Source: Lama guanicoe (lineage: Eukaryota). From it: a DNA stretch of 64,000 nt. Below are positions 52,409-64,000 of this stretch, in pieces; within the stretch, counting starts at the first letter, position 1; each line of letters opens with the position of its first letter. Under the pieces are notes generated by a model. It had not been told where the DNA came from, did no database searches, and saw only the letters and a program-made list of their open reading frames with translations. The stretch is taken from positions 17,922,029 through 17,986,028 of the forward strand of contig MU054323.1 in the NCBI GenBank assembly GCA_013239625.1, read 5' to 3'. The translations under genes and the position numbers were made by a program.

Positions 52409-53648
52409 CTTGTATAATAACTTTTGAAACAAAAGGATTTACTTTAAGGGAAATTCTGATACATAATAAATAATTTAGTTCACTCTAGTAGTTGGGAGTT
52501 GGTCTCATTGAAGGGAGGAGTAAAGGTGGGGGCAGGAAAAGAGAAAAAAGTACCCTAAAGTCTCATCTTAGGATAGGGGAGAGGAGACAGAGGGGGACGA
52601 TTAGAGTGTCCTGGTGGTGAAAACAGTGTCTTGGCAGAGAAAAGAGTTGATGTCTTGTTTTAAAGTAAGAGAAGAGTCCTATGTGTTTAAGGAGAGCTGG
52701 GGGAGGGAACCATTCATAGAACAGAATGCAAAGTAAAATCTCCAGCCTCAGTGACAACAATGAAATAACATGATCAAACTAACAAAAATAAAGAGTAAAC
52801 TGTAACAATTATAAACAGAGTGAAACAGGTCACAATACTGAATTCTTTCATTGAAAGACAGAGGCCAGCAGAGTGGGTTAAAAACAGAGCTCTGTGTTTG
52901 TAAAACAAAGAACCCACTGAAAGCAAACCTGAAAATAAAGTAGTGCCAAGAAGTACTGCAAAGGAAAATGCAAAGAGAAAGAAGAGTGACAATGTTAATA
53001 AGATGTGGTGAAATTTAAGTTTAGATTCACAAACCAAGACAACAAAAATTTTACATAACAATAAAAAGGCACAATTCAGGATGAAGCAGTAATAGTCGGA
53101 TATATATACCAAACTACCCAGCAGCTAAATGAGGGGACAACTAATAAAAATGAAAAATCTTTTAAAAAATGTGATAACATAGTAAGTTTCAAAATACCAC
53201 TTTCAGAACTGAGCAGATAGTAAAATAGTTAAGTAAAGATACAGAGGCCATTTCTTGACCAAAAAATAAAATTATTTTCTTATGTCCATGGGCATTTGCA
53301 AAAATTGATCAAGATCTTGGTCACAGAGGAAAAACTTGAATTTTAAGAAGAGGTTGTACAGGCCACATGATGGTGACAAAAAAAATGAGAAGTAATAAAT
53401 TGTAGCGATCTTTTGACTCAGCTTTTTCATGGCCAAAATACTCTCAGAAGTTCAACGATATATAAAAACATATCACTGCAGTTCATAAGTGTAATGGCAA
53501 GAAAAAAATGAAAAGAAGAAAAGAAAAAAAAGGGATAAAGAAAAAAGAAAAGAAAGCAACCAAGATGTCCATCAGTAAGAGACTGTGTGAGTTAATTATG
53601 GAACGGACCTTGCTTTTCTGTTGATAAGAATGAAAACATCTTCTGTAC

Positions 53649-53736
53649 CTTAATTTCCGCGAGACAGGCCATTGCCCAGGCTGTGGTAGATCTCAGCCCT
53701 GCTGTCTTGATGTAAGCTCTGCTGGCTAAAGGAACC
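53649..53736 (-). CDS. THUMPD2: THUMPD2 exon 6
   Basis: ctttag| (R)VPLASRAYIKTAGLRSTTAWAMACLAEIK |gtacag. 88 bp, phase 2-0. Confidence 0.95.
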
Positions 53737-55249
53737 CTAAAGGTCAAGAACACCCAATGTTACTGTATGTTAAAGAAAATGATATAAACAAAAATAATTA
53801 ACCTGTTCATATCGGTAAATCATCTTTACATGTTCAGACAACACACACTAAAGTATTCCCCAAGTTAGAGAGTACTTAACATTTATTACACAATTACTTT
53901 TTCTAACTAACACCATATCTAACCAGCCAGTGTGATATTTCAGAAAGGTAAAATATTTAGACAACTGAAATTTAAGCCCTTATGTGTTTAACTTATAAAA
54001 ATGTAATCACATGGGGGAAATCTCTCTAAAGTGTTCACACACTTCGCTGACTTCTCACAGGGAGCAGACCTTGCCCATTGATCTGGAGTCTTCCCAGGAA
54101 CGCTGTTCCGTGAGCAGGGCTGAACGGATGCTAACCCTCAGAATATGTTTTCTATAAAGTCCCTTTTGTAAGTTTGCTTTTTGCTCATTTGCATCTTTCT
54201 CAAAAGATGGGATGAAGCATGACGTTGCACTACCTAAAATAACGTACTGACTGCAGGGCTGGGGCAGACATCTCCCCAGTGAGTTCACTGGTCTCCATTA
54301 AGTATCACTTCATACTTTGTCCTCTGCCTCATCATTGCCACTATCAGTGTTTCCAGATTTCATAGAATTTTTCAAAATATTATTTCTATGTTTCTAATGC
54401 AGTGAACAAGCATTGCCTTGGACATTTCAATGCACTTTTCTATTTCGTTTATACAATCTGTTGCTAAGATGTAAAGGTCTGATTTTAACAATTAGTGCTT
54501 GGTTGTTTTGGGGGTAGACTTGTTCCAAACCCACTAAGGGGGCTCTTCCACTAACATGACACAAAGCCATAGTGTTTTCCAAACCTTATTTCCTTTCATC
54601 ATTTTCTTTCTCATCTTTCTTTTTTTTTTTTAAGGTTTTTCAGGAAATAAAAATTCACATTGTAAATAGTACTATATCCATAGATTTGGAATTGGGGATA
54701 TAAACTTTGCAGGCAGAAAGACTATAAAATATTTGGATCAGTATCTTACTACAGAACACATTAAAACCCAGATTGAGAGATTATTTTCACCCTAGATACA
54801 CACACACACAGGAGAGAAACAGTCTGGAAAACTTTCTTTGTCCACGTATATCACAAAGCGCTTTCCTAAGCATCAGGGATTCATGCAGAACCTTTGGAAG
54901 TTTTGACCGTTATGCACATGTTTCTACTAACAGGTTTTATTTTATGGGAGCCAACTCTATTAGTATGTGACAAAAGTGAATGCATTCTTATTTTGTTTAA
55001 ACTTGGGCAAAACCAATCTGCTATCACTTCAACAAAAGGGCCCTGTCATATCAGTATCATAAAATTATTCAAAGGAAGGAAGTATTCAGAAATAAACTCC
55101 ATAGAAATAAAAATAATTCTCTACTTTCATAGGATCTGGTTAATGTGCTTAATCAGAGTTTAGCTGGATGTTACCATAATACAAAAAAAAATGTGGTTTT
55201 TGATTCTCTTTTCCACATTATGCATTTCTTCTTCAGTCTCTCACATGCC

Positions 55250-56310
55250 ATCCATCACCAAGTTGAAGACATTCTCATCCAAAGCTCTAGCCTAGATGTG
55301 TCACCTGAGTCCCAGATCTTTGTCTTCAAGTGTGTGTTTGGACACCTTTTACCTGGAGGTTATTTAAGCACTGCAAAACTTACAGATATCAACTAAGCAC
55401 ACTCTCCTTTCCTTGTAGTTCATACCTCAATACATTTCTTCATTTTCTTAGGCCACTTACCATCTATGTACTGGGTCTGAATCTACATCTCCAGCCTAGA
55501 CTTGTCACCTGAACCCTAGGGCTGTAACTTTAAGTATCCACCTGGGCATCTTGCACTGAACACACACTACTTCCTTTCCCCGCATTTTGTATCAGTGACT
55601 GACTAGTGTCTCTTAGTTGCCCAGATCAGACATCTGGAAGTTATTCTAGGCTCCTTAACTTTTTCTGGAGTTCATGGCCTCTATTGCGTTGCCCCCACCT
55701 TTTGCCTTAGTTCAGTTCTTCAGCTTTCACTGCCTGAACTACTGTAAGAGTTTAACCACCTCCCCCCGCCTTTCCTTTTTATTTCCCTTCCACTTTAAAA
55801 TATCATTTCCCTGGTAATTTTTTAAAATCACAAATCTAAAATTATCACTCATCTGCTTCAAATTCTTACTGCTTCTAGAATGAAATCCAAGTTATTTAAC
55901 ACGGCTTACAAGATCCTTGGTGAACGGTTCCTAATCGTCCAGTCTCATTTTCTCCCACTCTCCCTGTCCCATCTATGCTGAAACTACGCGCTGTCCTCCG
56001 TGTACCTCAAGCCCCCTCCACCCCCCTGCCTCTGCACATGCAGTTCCTTGCTGGTAAGATCTTCTCCTCTTGTCCACTTACCTGTTATTCTCCATTTAAG
56101 TGATGCATTAAGTGAAACTCCTCTCTGTTCTTTTGCTCACCTGTCCTCCATCAGTTGGGTCCCCTTTTCTAACTCTAGTCAAGCACTGATCACATACCTG
56201 TTCCACCACTGGACTGCATCCTTTGTACTCAATAACCATCTTACTCATCTTTGAATATCAGATCTCTAGCACAATGTTAGATATCCAGAGTAAGTACTTA
56301 CTATCTGTTT
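55250..56310 (+). mobile_element. L2 fragments
   Basis: atctacatctccagcctagac...tagaatgaaatccaag...ggcttacaagatcc...tctagcacaatg. Confidence 0.6.
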
Positions 56311-58356
56311 CAACTGAAATCAATAGAATGAATTAATCTTACTCTGGTAAATGCTTCTCCCATTCCTTCCCTAGTTGCTGGTCTGTTGAAAAAGTAAAAT
56401 GGTTGAAATTTATTCAACATACTGTATCCTAAAAACAGTAATCTCGTTTTCCCCTGTGCTGTCTCATTTAATCCGAACCACAAAGCTGTGAAGTACACAC
56501 TACTCTTTCCTTGATTTTATAGCAGAGGGATGTGATCACATGCTCGACCTTGCAGAGTTCTTCTGTGGAGAAGGCAGACTTGAAGTCTCGGTCCTTACCC
56601 CCGTGCCATCCTGTGCCAGGCAATGTGTGCGGCGTGGCACAGCGGACACAGTTAATGCCTAAGGAGCTACTGATACCCAAATGCTTCTTTACTCAAAGAA
56701 GGAAGAGCTCCATCCAAACGTCTTTAGGGACTACTAAGATGTACATTTTTCTGTATCCCTCACACTCCATGGCTGCTCCACACTCCCTTCCACCACTTCT
56801 GACTTTCCTCTCTCATCAGGGTCACCAGGCTGCAGCTCCTGACCTCCATGTCACGCCTTCCATGCACTGCTGTCTGTTGTTCAAGTCTTTATACACCCCC
56901 TGCTCCTCACACACCGGCCAATTGTTCTTTTTAGCCAACACGTATCATGACTGCTTCCTCCCTTCACTGAGGTAGTCAAACTGACTAATCGCAGAGCATC
57001 TAATGTAATCTTATTTTCAGCCACTGCCCATTCAGGGCCTGAGCCTTAACTTTCAGACACGCACATTTTATTTGTCAACTTTTAGGTATGTTACCAGAGG
57101 TGCCATAAGCATGACTTCTTGAGGATGTCTAGCAAGCATTAAATAAAATTGTACTCTGTTTAAAAACATATAGAAACTTAATAACAAAAGCATAAAATTT
57201 AGTATGTTATATATAATTACAAATTAAAAATGAATTCTTTCATTTGGTACTAAAAATATAAACACATTCGTGCTACCTCCGTCAGCACTGCTGGGGATGA
57301 AATGTTCCTCATAAACCAATATTCTAGATAATTAAGCTCACCCTTTTCTGGACCAAAGTGTTAAAGACTATTTAGCTGCTTTATGAATCCTTCTAAAAAT
57401 ATATTTCCTATTTAACTGTTTTACTAGTCTTCCTTACCCTTGTCTTGATGACCATCAATAACTATACTAGGGTGAAATGTGGCCATCTTTCAGTTTTCCC
57501 CACCTTTCCCGTCAACTACTATGAAATTTAAAAAACCCAAGTAGGCAAAATTGTTTAAAAAAAAAATCAAAGAGTTTTACAAATATTCTGCAGGGTTAGG
57601 GCCTAGGACTTCAAAAGGCACTGGAGTACGGGGCCCTGGACACCTTTTAGGTGTAGGTGTGAAACAGCAGGTTAGGTTTGGTCTGGGAGAGTTTATAGGG
57701 AGTTTGGGTGGGTAGCGGCCAAGGGAAACCAATAGGGCATTGAGGCAGGTGATGACCTCATGTCTGTTAAGGTGACGAGAAATATTATTTAGCTCATGAT
57801 TTTCGTAATGCAGAGGCTAGTGGAGCTACTGTATAACTAGCATACAGCAAGAACTTGAACATCAACCATGTTCTTAGCAGTGTGCTGATCAACTGCTACA
57901 GCTTGCTGTTTGATAAAGCTATTACAGTGAACTTAAGCATTCTTTCTTTACATCCTGATTGAGGCTTACACATGCCTCAATGAGAGCTTAGGGTACATGA
58001 GGTATTCCCATGGGACTTCTATGATTTTTTTTTTTTCTTAAAAAACATTCCATGCCTAGAATCACCTAGAAAAAGGGTATCTAAATCTCTTTATACTATG
58101 TAAACAGGGCTATGCGTATAAAATGTTTTCAAGATGCCAGCATTTACATCCCACCAAGAAACTGAAAATCATTATTTCCATCCAACCAGCTCCTTCCTCC
58201 CAAAGCATCTAGAAAAGTACTAGTTGGACAATAAGCGTTCAATAAGTATTTCTGAATAAGGAAATGAATCTTTTGCGTTTATTATTACATAGTACCCAAC
58301 ATGACTAAGGAAAAAACCTGAAGAATATTTTAAAAACTGGAATCACGCTCTCCACC

Positions 58357-58413
58357 AAAAAAAAAAAAAAAAAAAAAAAATAAAAAACAGAAACCAAAAA
58401 AAAAAAAAAAAAA
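58357..58413. repeat. Compound poly-A tract (A24, A6, A18)
   Basis: Read directly from the sequence. Confidence 0.9.
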
Positions 58414-58813
58414 GAATAATTGCAATAAAATTTGAAAAATATTCAAGGTGAATTTTAAGAATTGGGCTGTATTTTCTATTTTAATCAGAACTCCAAGATA
58501 CCAACAGACTAAAATTTTTAACTTAAATGTGGGCCTGTGAAAATCATTCAGTAACAGAAATAATTAGTTATAATTTTCAGTATGAATCATGTAATCAGTG
58601 GACTACTGTGATCAAATCTTTCACAGCTCTACCTAGTCAGATCAAGTCAGATCCACTAGCCTCCATGAAAACACTTGACTGGCTCAAGCAAAGAACTCAA
58701 ATGCCTTTAGCCCCCTCTGACATCAATGTTTCATACTAGAAATACAAGCATAAAGTTCTTAATTTTACAAACTCTCCTAGGGACAAATCTGAAGCTAAGA
58801 ATACAATATCTAC

Positions 58814-58866
58814 CTGAACATGGGAATTCCCACCACAGAGTAAATGTCACTTAGATGTATAAAGAC
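58814..58866 (-). CDS. THUMPD2: THUMPD2 exon 5
   Basis: ttttttcag| VFIHLSDIYSVVGIPMF(R) |gtagat. 53 bp, phase 0-2. Confidence 0.94.
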
Positions 58867-59334
58867 CTGAAAAAACAAACATAGAAGTTAGAATGGAACA
58901 GGAAACGCACGACCAAATTATTGACAGTTTGAAAGCTTCCATTTTGAACCTATATAATCTATATTTTAATAAGAGATTCCAAGGTTTTATTTGTCATTTC
59001 TGGGAAAATATTCCATAATATCTTTTCTTGAGCAGAGGCAAAGTGAATTTTAAGCACACATCATAGAAAAATTCAGAGATCAGTTTGGTTATATTGAGTT
59101 ATACTGAGAATTGTGAAGGAACTCAAGATAAACTTTCTTCCCAGAGATTCTCTGAATGACCCTAACTAAATCAGATTTTTCAACATTTTAGGTTAGAGAG
59201 GACTATCTAAATGTGCCCTGATTCTAACCTCAAATAAGACTTGAGGCCACAGTTGACAGAAAACGTTCTTTAGGCCCAATATACTGTAGCAAGGGTGACC
59301 TTTTCCCTCCCTACCATCTCTAGGTGAGCAGTCT

Positions 59335-59576
59335 GATTGAGAAATAATTGACATACATCACTGTTTAAATTTATGATGCACAGCATGATGGTCTGATTTA
59401 CAAATATTATGAAATGATCACCACAATAGGTTCAACTAACATCCATCTTCTCAGATAGACACAATAAAAAGAAAAAAGGAAAAGAATTTTCCCTCATGAG
59501 AAGGACTCTTAGGATTTACTCTCTTAACAACTTTCCTATATATCATACAGCATTGTTAGCTGCAGTCATCATGTTA
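59335..59576 (-). mobile_element. Older L1 (L1MA-like) 3' end fragment
   Basis: ttgagaaataattgacatacatcactgtttaaatt...ctcttaggatttactctcttaacaactttc...gtcatcatgtt. Confidence 0.75.
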
Positions 59577-60974
59577 GGTCACAATGAGGATTTAAATGTC
59601 TCAAGTTATAATTAGTAGCTCACATAAATTTTAAAAGAATCTTATTTCTGTAGCCTGATGAGGTTTATGGAATATTCTAACTCTGCTGTTTGACCTCGAG
59701 AACATTTGATCCCTCATACTTTCACCCCAAAGTTATTTTAATATAGTTTCATCAGAATTATTACAATATTGATAAATTTTTATTAAGAAAAGAGCAACCT
59801 GGAATGAACTCCATTTAGTCAGTTTAATCCCTTGATCACTGAAGCTAAACTTCCCAATTTTGTATATTATTCATTTTAGGAAATCTATTGATTGGGATTA
59901 ATTCTCTTCTATTTAACATTTATATTAAAGATATGACATATTAATATTTTTATATATCAAATGTCAGGAATAGCTTTTCTGACTATAAAGTTTTTTCTAT
60001 TAATTTTGCAGAATAAAATTTGTTAAGATTTGATTCTTCTGTCAGTTTCTGTCACACAGATTTTACTATGTGTGAATTGTTGCCAATTTTGTGTTAATTA
60101 TTTCTACCAATAGCTATTATTAATTGTAATAAATGAGTGATAGGAGTTAAATTAGATATATTTATGAACTAAACCATGAGGAAACTATAATTCTGAGACA
60201 GTGAGATGGAGTCGGGGGAGAGGGAAAGGAGGAAACCAGGAAAGCAAGGAGAACTGGAAAGGGGGCAGTGAAGAAAGGCACTCTTACATCAAAACATTCT
60301 TGGGGTCAAAATATTTTCCATAGCAGAAATAAAGGCTATACACCAGGTGCTACTTTTTAAAAGCAAAAAATATCAGATAACAAAATTGAAAAACAACACA
60401 GAATCTTCTGATTTGGCCAGCCATTACTCCAAGCTTTATAACAATAAATTTATGAATGAATGAATCATAAAAATGACTAGACTAACTGTTGAATTTATGA
60501 GATGGTTTTCAAAAAATAGTGAAGACTTTTTTATTGCTAAAATTTGTTTCCCTGCGTGTTTACTCTGTTCCAATTAAACACTGTGTGACCTCATTAAATT
60601 AATTTTGCAAATACAGAAAGAGAAAAGAAAAATAACCCCACACCCTAAGCAAGCCACTATTAACACACTATTGAGCTTTGTGCTGGCTTTTTTGTTTTCC
60701 TTTTTTTTTTTTTGCCATTAGCTAGAATTTCTTATTACAGAGACTTGTCATATGTTACTGTGATTAAACAAAACATCTCTGTAACCTTATAATAAATGTT
60801 TTTTAGTTCAACTGTGACTAAACAACTCTATTCCAAAAGTCCTATTTGGATGAGAGATTTTTCACAGTGAAAACTACTAGCAGAATTATCTGTAGTATTC
60901 TAATGCAGAAGAGAAAACAGACTGCTGCATCCTTGTACACATAATTTTTAAAACTCTAGAAGTACAGTAAGAGT

Positions 60975-61131
60975 AGATGACATGGCGATAATATTGTAAC
61001 ACCTTTGTATGGGAAGGACGGTTCCGGACTTAAAGTGGCGATCATTTTGTAATGTACGTAAATGTCGAATCACTATGTAGTTCACCTGAAACGTAGTATT
61101 TTACATCAACTATATTTCAATTAAAAAAAAA
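60975..61131 (+). mobile_element. L1 3' end fragment
   Basis: gatcattttgtaatgtacgtaaatgtcgaatcactatgtagttcacctgaaac...tcaactatatttcaattaaaaaaaaa. Confidence 0.78.
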
Positions 61132-61198
61132 GGAATAGTTGGCATTGTCTTTAAAGAATTAGGTTATAAGCATATAAAATAAAATGAACATTCATTAC

Positions 61199-61276
61199 CT
61201 CTAAATTGGGATTCCTCAAATCTGCTTTCCATCCAAACTGCTTCATAAGAGCAATTCCAAATACTCTTCCTACCTC
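61199..61276 (-). CDS. THUMPD2: THUMPD2 exon 4
   Basis: ttttccag| EVGRVFGIALMKQFGWKADLRNPNLE |gtaatg. 78 bp; THUMP-domain W-K-A-D-L-x-N-P signature. Confidence 0.95.
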
Positions 61277-62128
61277 CTGGAAAAGCAGCAGGTTATAGAA
61301 AAGTTAAGAATACAAAAAAACGAAAATTTTAAGTTTAAGTGTAAGCAAAAACTAATAGCCTGTAGCCTGTAGGAAAATCAAGTCAGACTATCTGATGGTA
61401 ATTTAAGGTTATGATATTAAAATATTACACTAACGCATTAACGTCTGCTTGTGTATAATCTCTATTCTTGTCACTTTAGACACGTGAAATAACCAGACCA
61501 TGGCCTGATCAACATGGTCATTCTGGATTTTAGGAAACAGATGCAAGCTGAAAAATGAACTATTTCAGCTACTGCAATCCTGTATGTTCCAAAATGACGA
61601 GATCAGTAGCATTAGGCCCAAACTTCAGGGTCTGTATGATTTTAAGGTTGCCCAAAGGACCCAGACCGAAGCCCTTTATTGTCCTGTAAGGGTCTGTGTG
61701 CGGTGTTCGCTCTCCCTTCGAGTACATCTGTGTATCGGCAGTCTGGTCCGGGGACGGTCACACCTGCAGGACCTGGAGCAGAGCAGCCAGTCCACACACA
61801 CACAACTGAACTGAAGAGAAAGCCAAAAAGCTTAGGACCACAATCCTAGGATTTCCAAATGTAAAGGATATCTATGAGTTGGAGGAAATGTTTAAGGAGA
61901 AAGTGAAAGGAGGTCTGTACCCAGAGTGGCATACTATTCCTCTTTAACGTTCGAGGTAAAGTTAAGAAGGAAAGTGCATTTTCAAAGAGACTTAATTATA
62001 TGAGATTAGGCCCAGTTGTCTGTCTGGACCTGGTTATGTACTCTGTGAAAGGTGTTCATGTCATTTTAGATCTAGAGAGTAACGAATTCTTTCAGAAAAC
62101 GGGAACCCACTTTGGGAGGTGCGCGTAC

Positions 62129-62529
62129 CTGTGCAGTAAAGGTCTTCGCGATAGCGCCACTGCAGCGACAGGAGACTCTGAAAGTCAAGTCGCTGTGGGT
62201 ACGAGAGCCCACTGCATCCTTCTGAAGATCTTCTTCTAGAAATTCTTGTCTCTTAGTGATGCGATGTCCTTGCTCCAGTGCTGCTGCTTCTATTTGTTTT
62301 TCCAGCTGGCATTCCTTATTCTCGCGTATCTCGTGCATTTGTTCTGTTTTCAACTTTTTAGCAACGATGACATCATTTTCTCCCATTTTTCTTTTTAGTG
62401 GGTTAGCATCTTTCTGAGAAAGTTTTTCCTTTTTTGCATCAAGTTCAAGATTTTTCCAAATTGAAATGGCTTTCAACCAGCTTTCAGGATCGTCATTTAT
62501 AAGTCTTTGCATTTCATTAAATATTTTTC
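62129..62529 (-). CDS. THUMPD2: THUMPD2 exon 3 (large exon, into the THUMP domain)
   Basis: Acceptor atttag|, G|GA then KIFNEMQRLINDDPESWLKAISIWKNLELDAKKEKLSQ...DLTFRVSCRCSGAIAKTFTAQ, donor |gtacgc. 401 bp; overlaps ORF 62072..62512. Confidence 0.96.
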
Positions 62530-62634
62530 CTAAATAAATAAAATCTCAGTTTATCCTATGTTGAAGCTATTCATCACTCTGAAATCCCATTGCCTTTATT
62601 TCTTTAAAATAAGTTTTATTAAATTGCTACATAG

Positions 62635-62669
62635 AAGCTGGCCGGTTAGCTCAGTTGGTTGGTGCTGAT
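62635..62669 (+). pseudogene. Tailless retroposed tRNA-Ile 5' half with target-site duplication
   Basis: GGCCGGTTAGCTCAGTTGGTT-GGTGCTGAT matches the tRNA-Ile(AAT) 5' half apart from a 7-nt gap and A34->G. Flanked by a perfect AAATTGCTACATAG repeat at 62621-62634 and 62670-62683. Confidence 0.88.
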
Positions 62670-63925
62670 AAATTGCTACATAGTGACATCCCTTTCATCG
62701 GAATTTATATAATTTAACATAAATACTGTACAGAGTAAACTTTGTTCTTATATTCCATACTTAGCATCAAAACTGTTTTAAAATTCTTCCAAAGATGGTA
62801 TATACTTTACCAAGATCATTTGTCCTATGTTAACATATGTAACTCTTCAACATACTCATAGACCTAGAGTGTGTGTTGATCTCTGAAATAATGCTGATTT
62901 TTAAAAATTAAATTAAAAAAACAGAATAAATTGCAAAACACAGAGCTCAAAAACAGAGCAACTGAATCTTGGGACTATTTTAGACCATGTAATATCAGCA
63001 CAGGTGATAAAATGAGTTTCCATAAAGTAACACTTCAGATATCCACAACCCATTCATAACTCAGGCTGCCAGCCATGCTTGGTAAGTGTACTCTTTTCTT
63101 GATGAACAAGGGTGGTCAAGATGACCCAAGAATAATTACTGTAGTTCTCTGAAGATGAAAGTGTGTGAAATATTGGGATGAAATTATATTGACCCCATGG
63201 TATAATACCTTAGTATTTGCTTTAAATACTTTCTTGATTTCTCGCCATTTGTATGCTCTTGACACAGTTTATTATAGGCTATGATAACATGATCTCTGGT
63301 GCACAAGCAGCAATCAAGATGAGATTTAAGACAATGCTTAAATCCAGCTGTATCTAATCCTTCTTTTGTTGCTTTTATCAATATCTTTAAATTATTTTAG
63401 CAGCATATTTATAAAATTAGGGAGGGATCAGGAAACTCTTAAGCCCCTTTTAGCTCTAATGCCTTATAAATGAGTTTAAGTTTATTCAAAACATTTAGAG
63501 TCACCCCAACAGGAAATTTTACTATGCAGTATTCTATTCTTCCAGTTAAATCACTCATCAGTTAAAATTTACAAGGTGACAGTTTTGACCAACTTATTAA
63601 ATCAATGCATTTTGGGTTATTACATGCTCCTAAATCTAAATAAATGCACTGACCATACATATCTCTAGAGAAGGTGTCTGACCACGATTCTCAAGGATGA
63701 AATGTGATTTGGGACACTAAAGTCTCAGAAAACAGACAGGAGATTGCAAAGAGAAGAGATACAACTAGGTGATAATATGTAGGAAATACAGAAAAATACC
63801 TAATTAATGAACTCACAGGTATGAATGAATCTTAGAAATGTGAAATGGCTACATACTAATTATCAAGCAGGAAACTCTGGAGTACAATATATGGTATGGG
63901 TAAAAGTGATAGGTATACACCGTAC

Positions 63926-64000
63926 CTTTACTTCCAGAAGAAACATTAAGTGGTAACTGCTTTTTAATCAGCAAAAATAATCTTTCTGCAGATTTTAATT
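63926..64000 (-). CDS. THUMPD2: THUMPD2 exon 2 (partial; 5' part lies beyond the window)
   Basis: Minus strand reads KLKSAERLFLLIKKQLPLNVSSGSK(G), then donor |gtacgg. Confidence 0.93.

Larger units (their letters stand above)
50620..53610 (+). mobile_element. Highly degraded ancient L1ME/HAL1-like remnants, interrupted by an LTR, a MIR and a SINE
   Basis: A-rich strand with ORF1-like (aacatgtttgtaacaggaatcctagaag) and ORF2 endonuclease-like (aaagacagaggccagcagagtgggttaaaaa) segments. Boundaries approximate. Confidence 0.5.

Noticed and set aside
62640..62669. Functional tRNA-Ile gene
   Set aside because: Only the 5' half is present, with no B box, T arm or 3' acceptor strand, and it has an internal deletion.

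Overview
Mammalian genomic DNA, most likely a camelid (Camelus/Vicugna/Lama), judged from two Vic-1-type tRNA-derived SINEs. The window holds two convergent protein-coding genes. TMEM178A is on + (last three coding exons plus 3'UTR, 1789-~14830). THUMPD2 is on - (part of exon 2 through exon 10 plus 3'UTR, ~32000-64000). All exon boundaries are GT-AG and phase-consistent, and both reading frames are intact. The rest is intron and intergenic DNA with L1, L2, MIR, MaLR/ERVL/ERV1 LTRs and MER DNA transposons. I see no new multi-gene system. The most unusual items are: (1) a 35-bp, TSD-flanked, tailless tRNA-Ile 5' half that appears to record tRNA modifications (A34->G and a skip over G26); (2) an 849-bp CpG-rich solo LTR with tandem NRF1-like motifs, inserted antisense just downstream of TMEM178A; (3) signs of local GC-biased substitution. 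Repeat family names and human comparisons are from memory, not database searches, and old-repeat boundaries are approximate.
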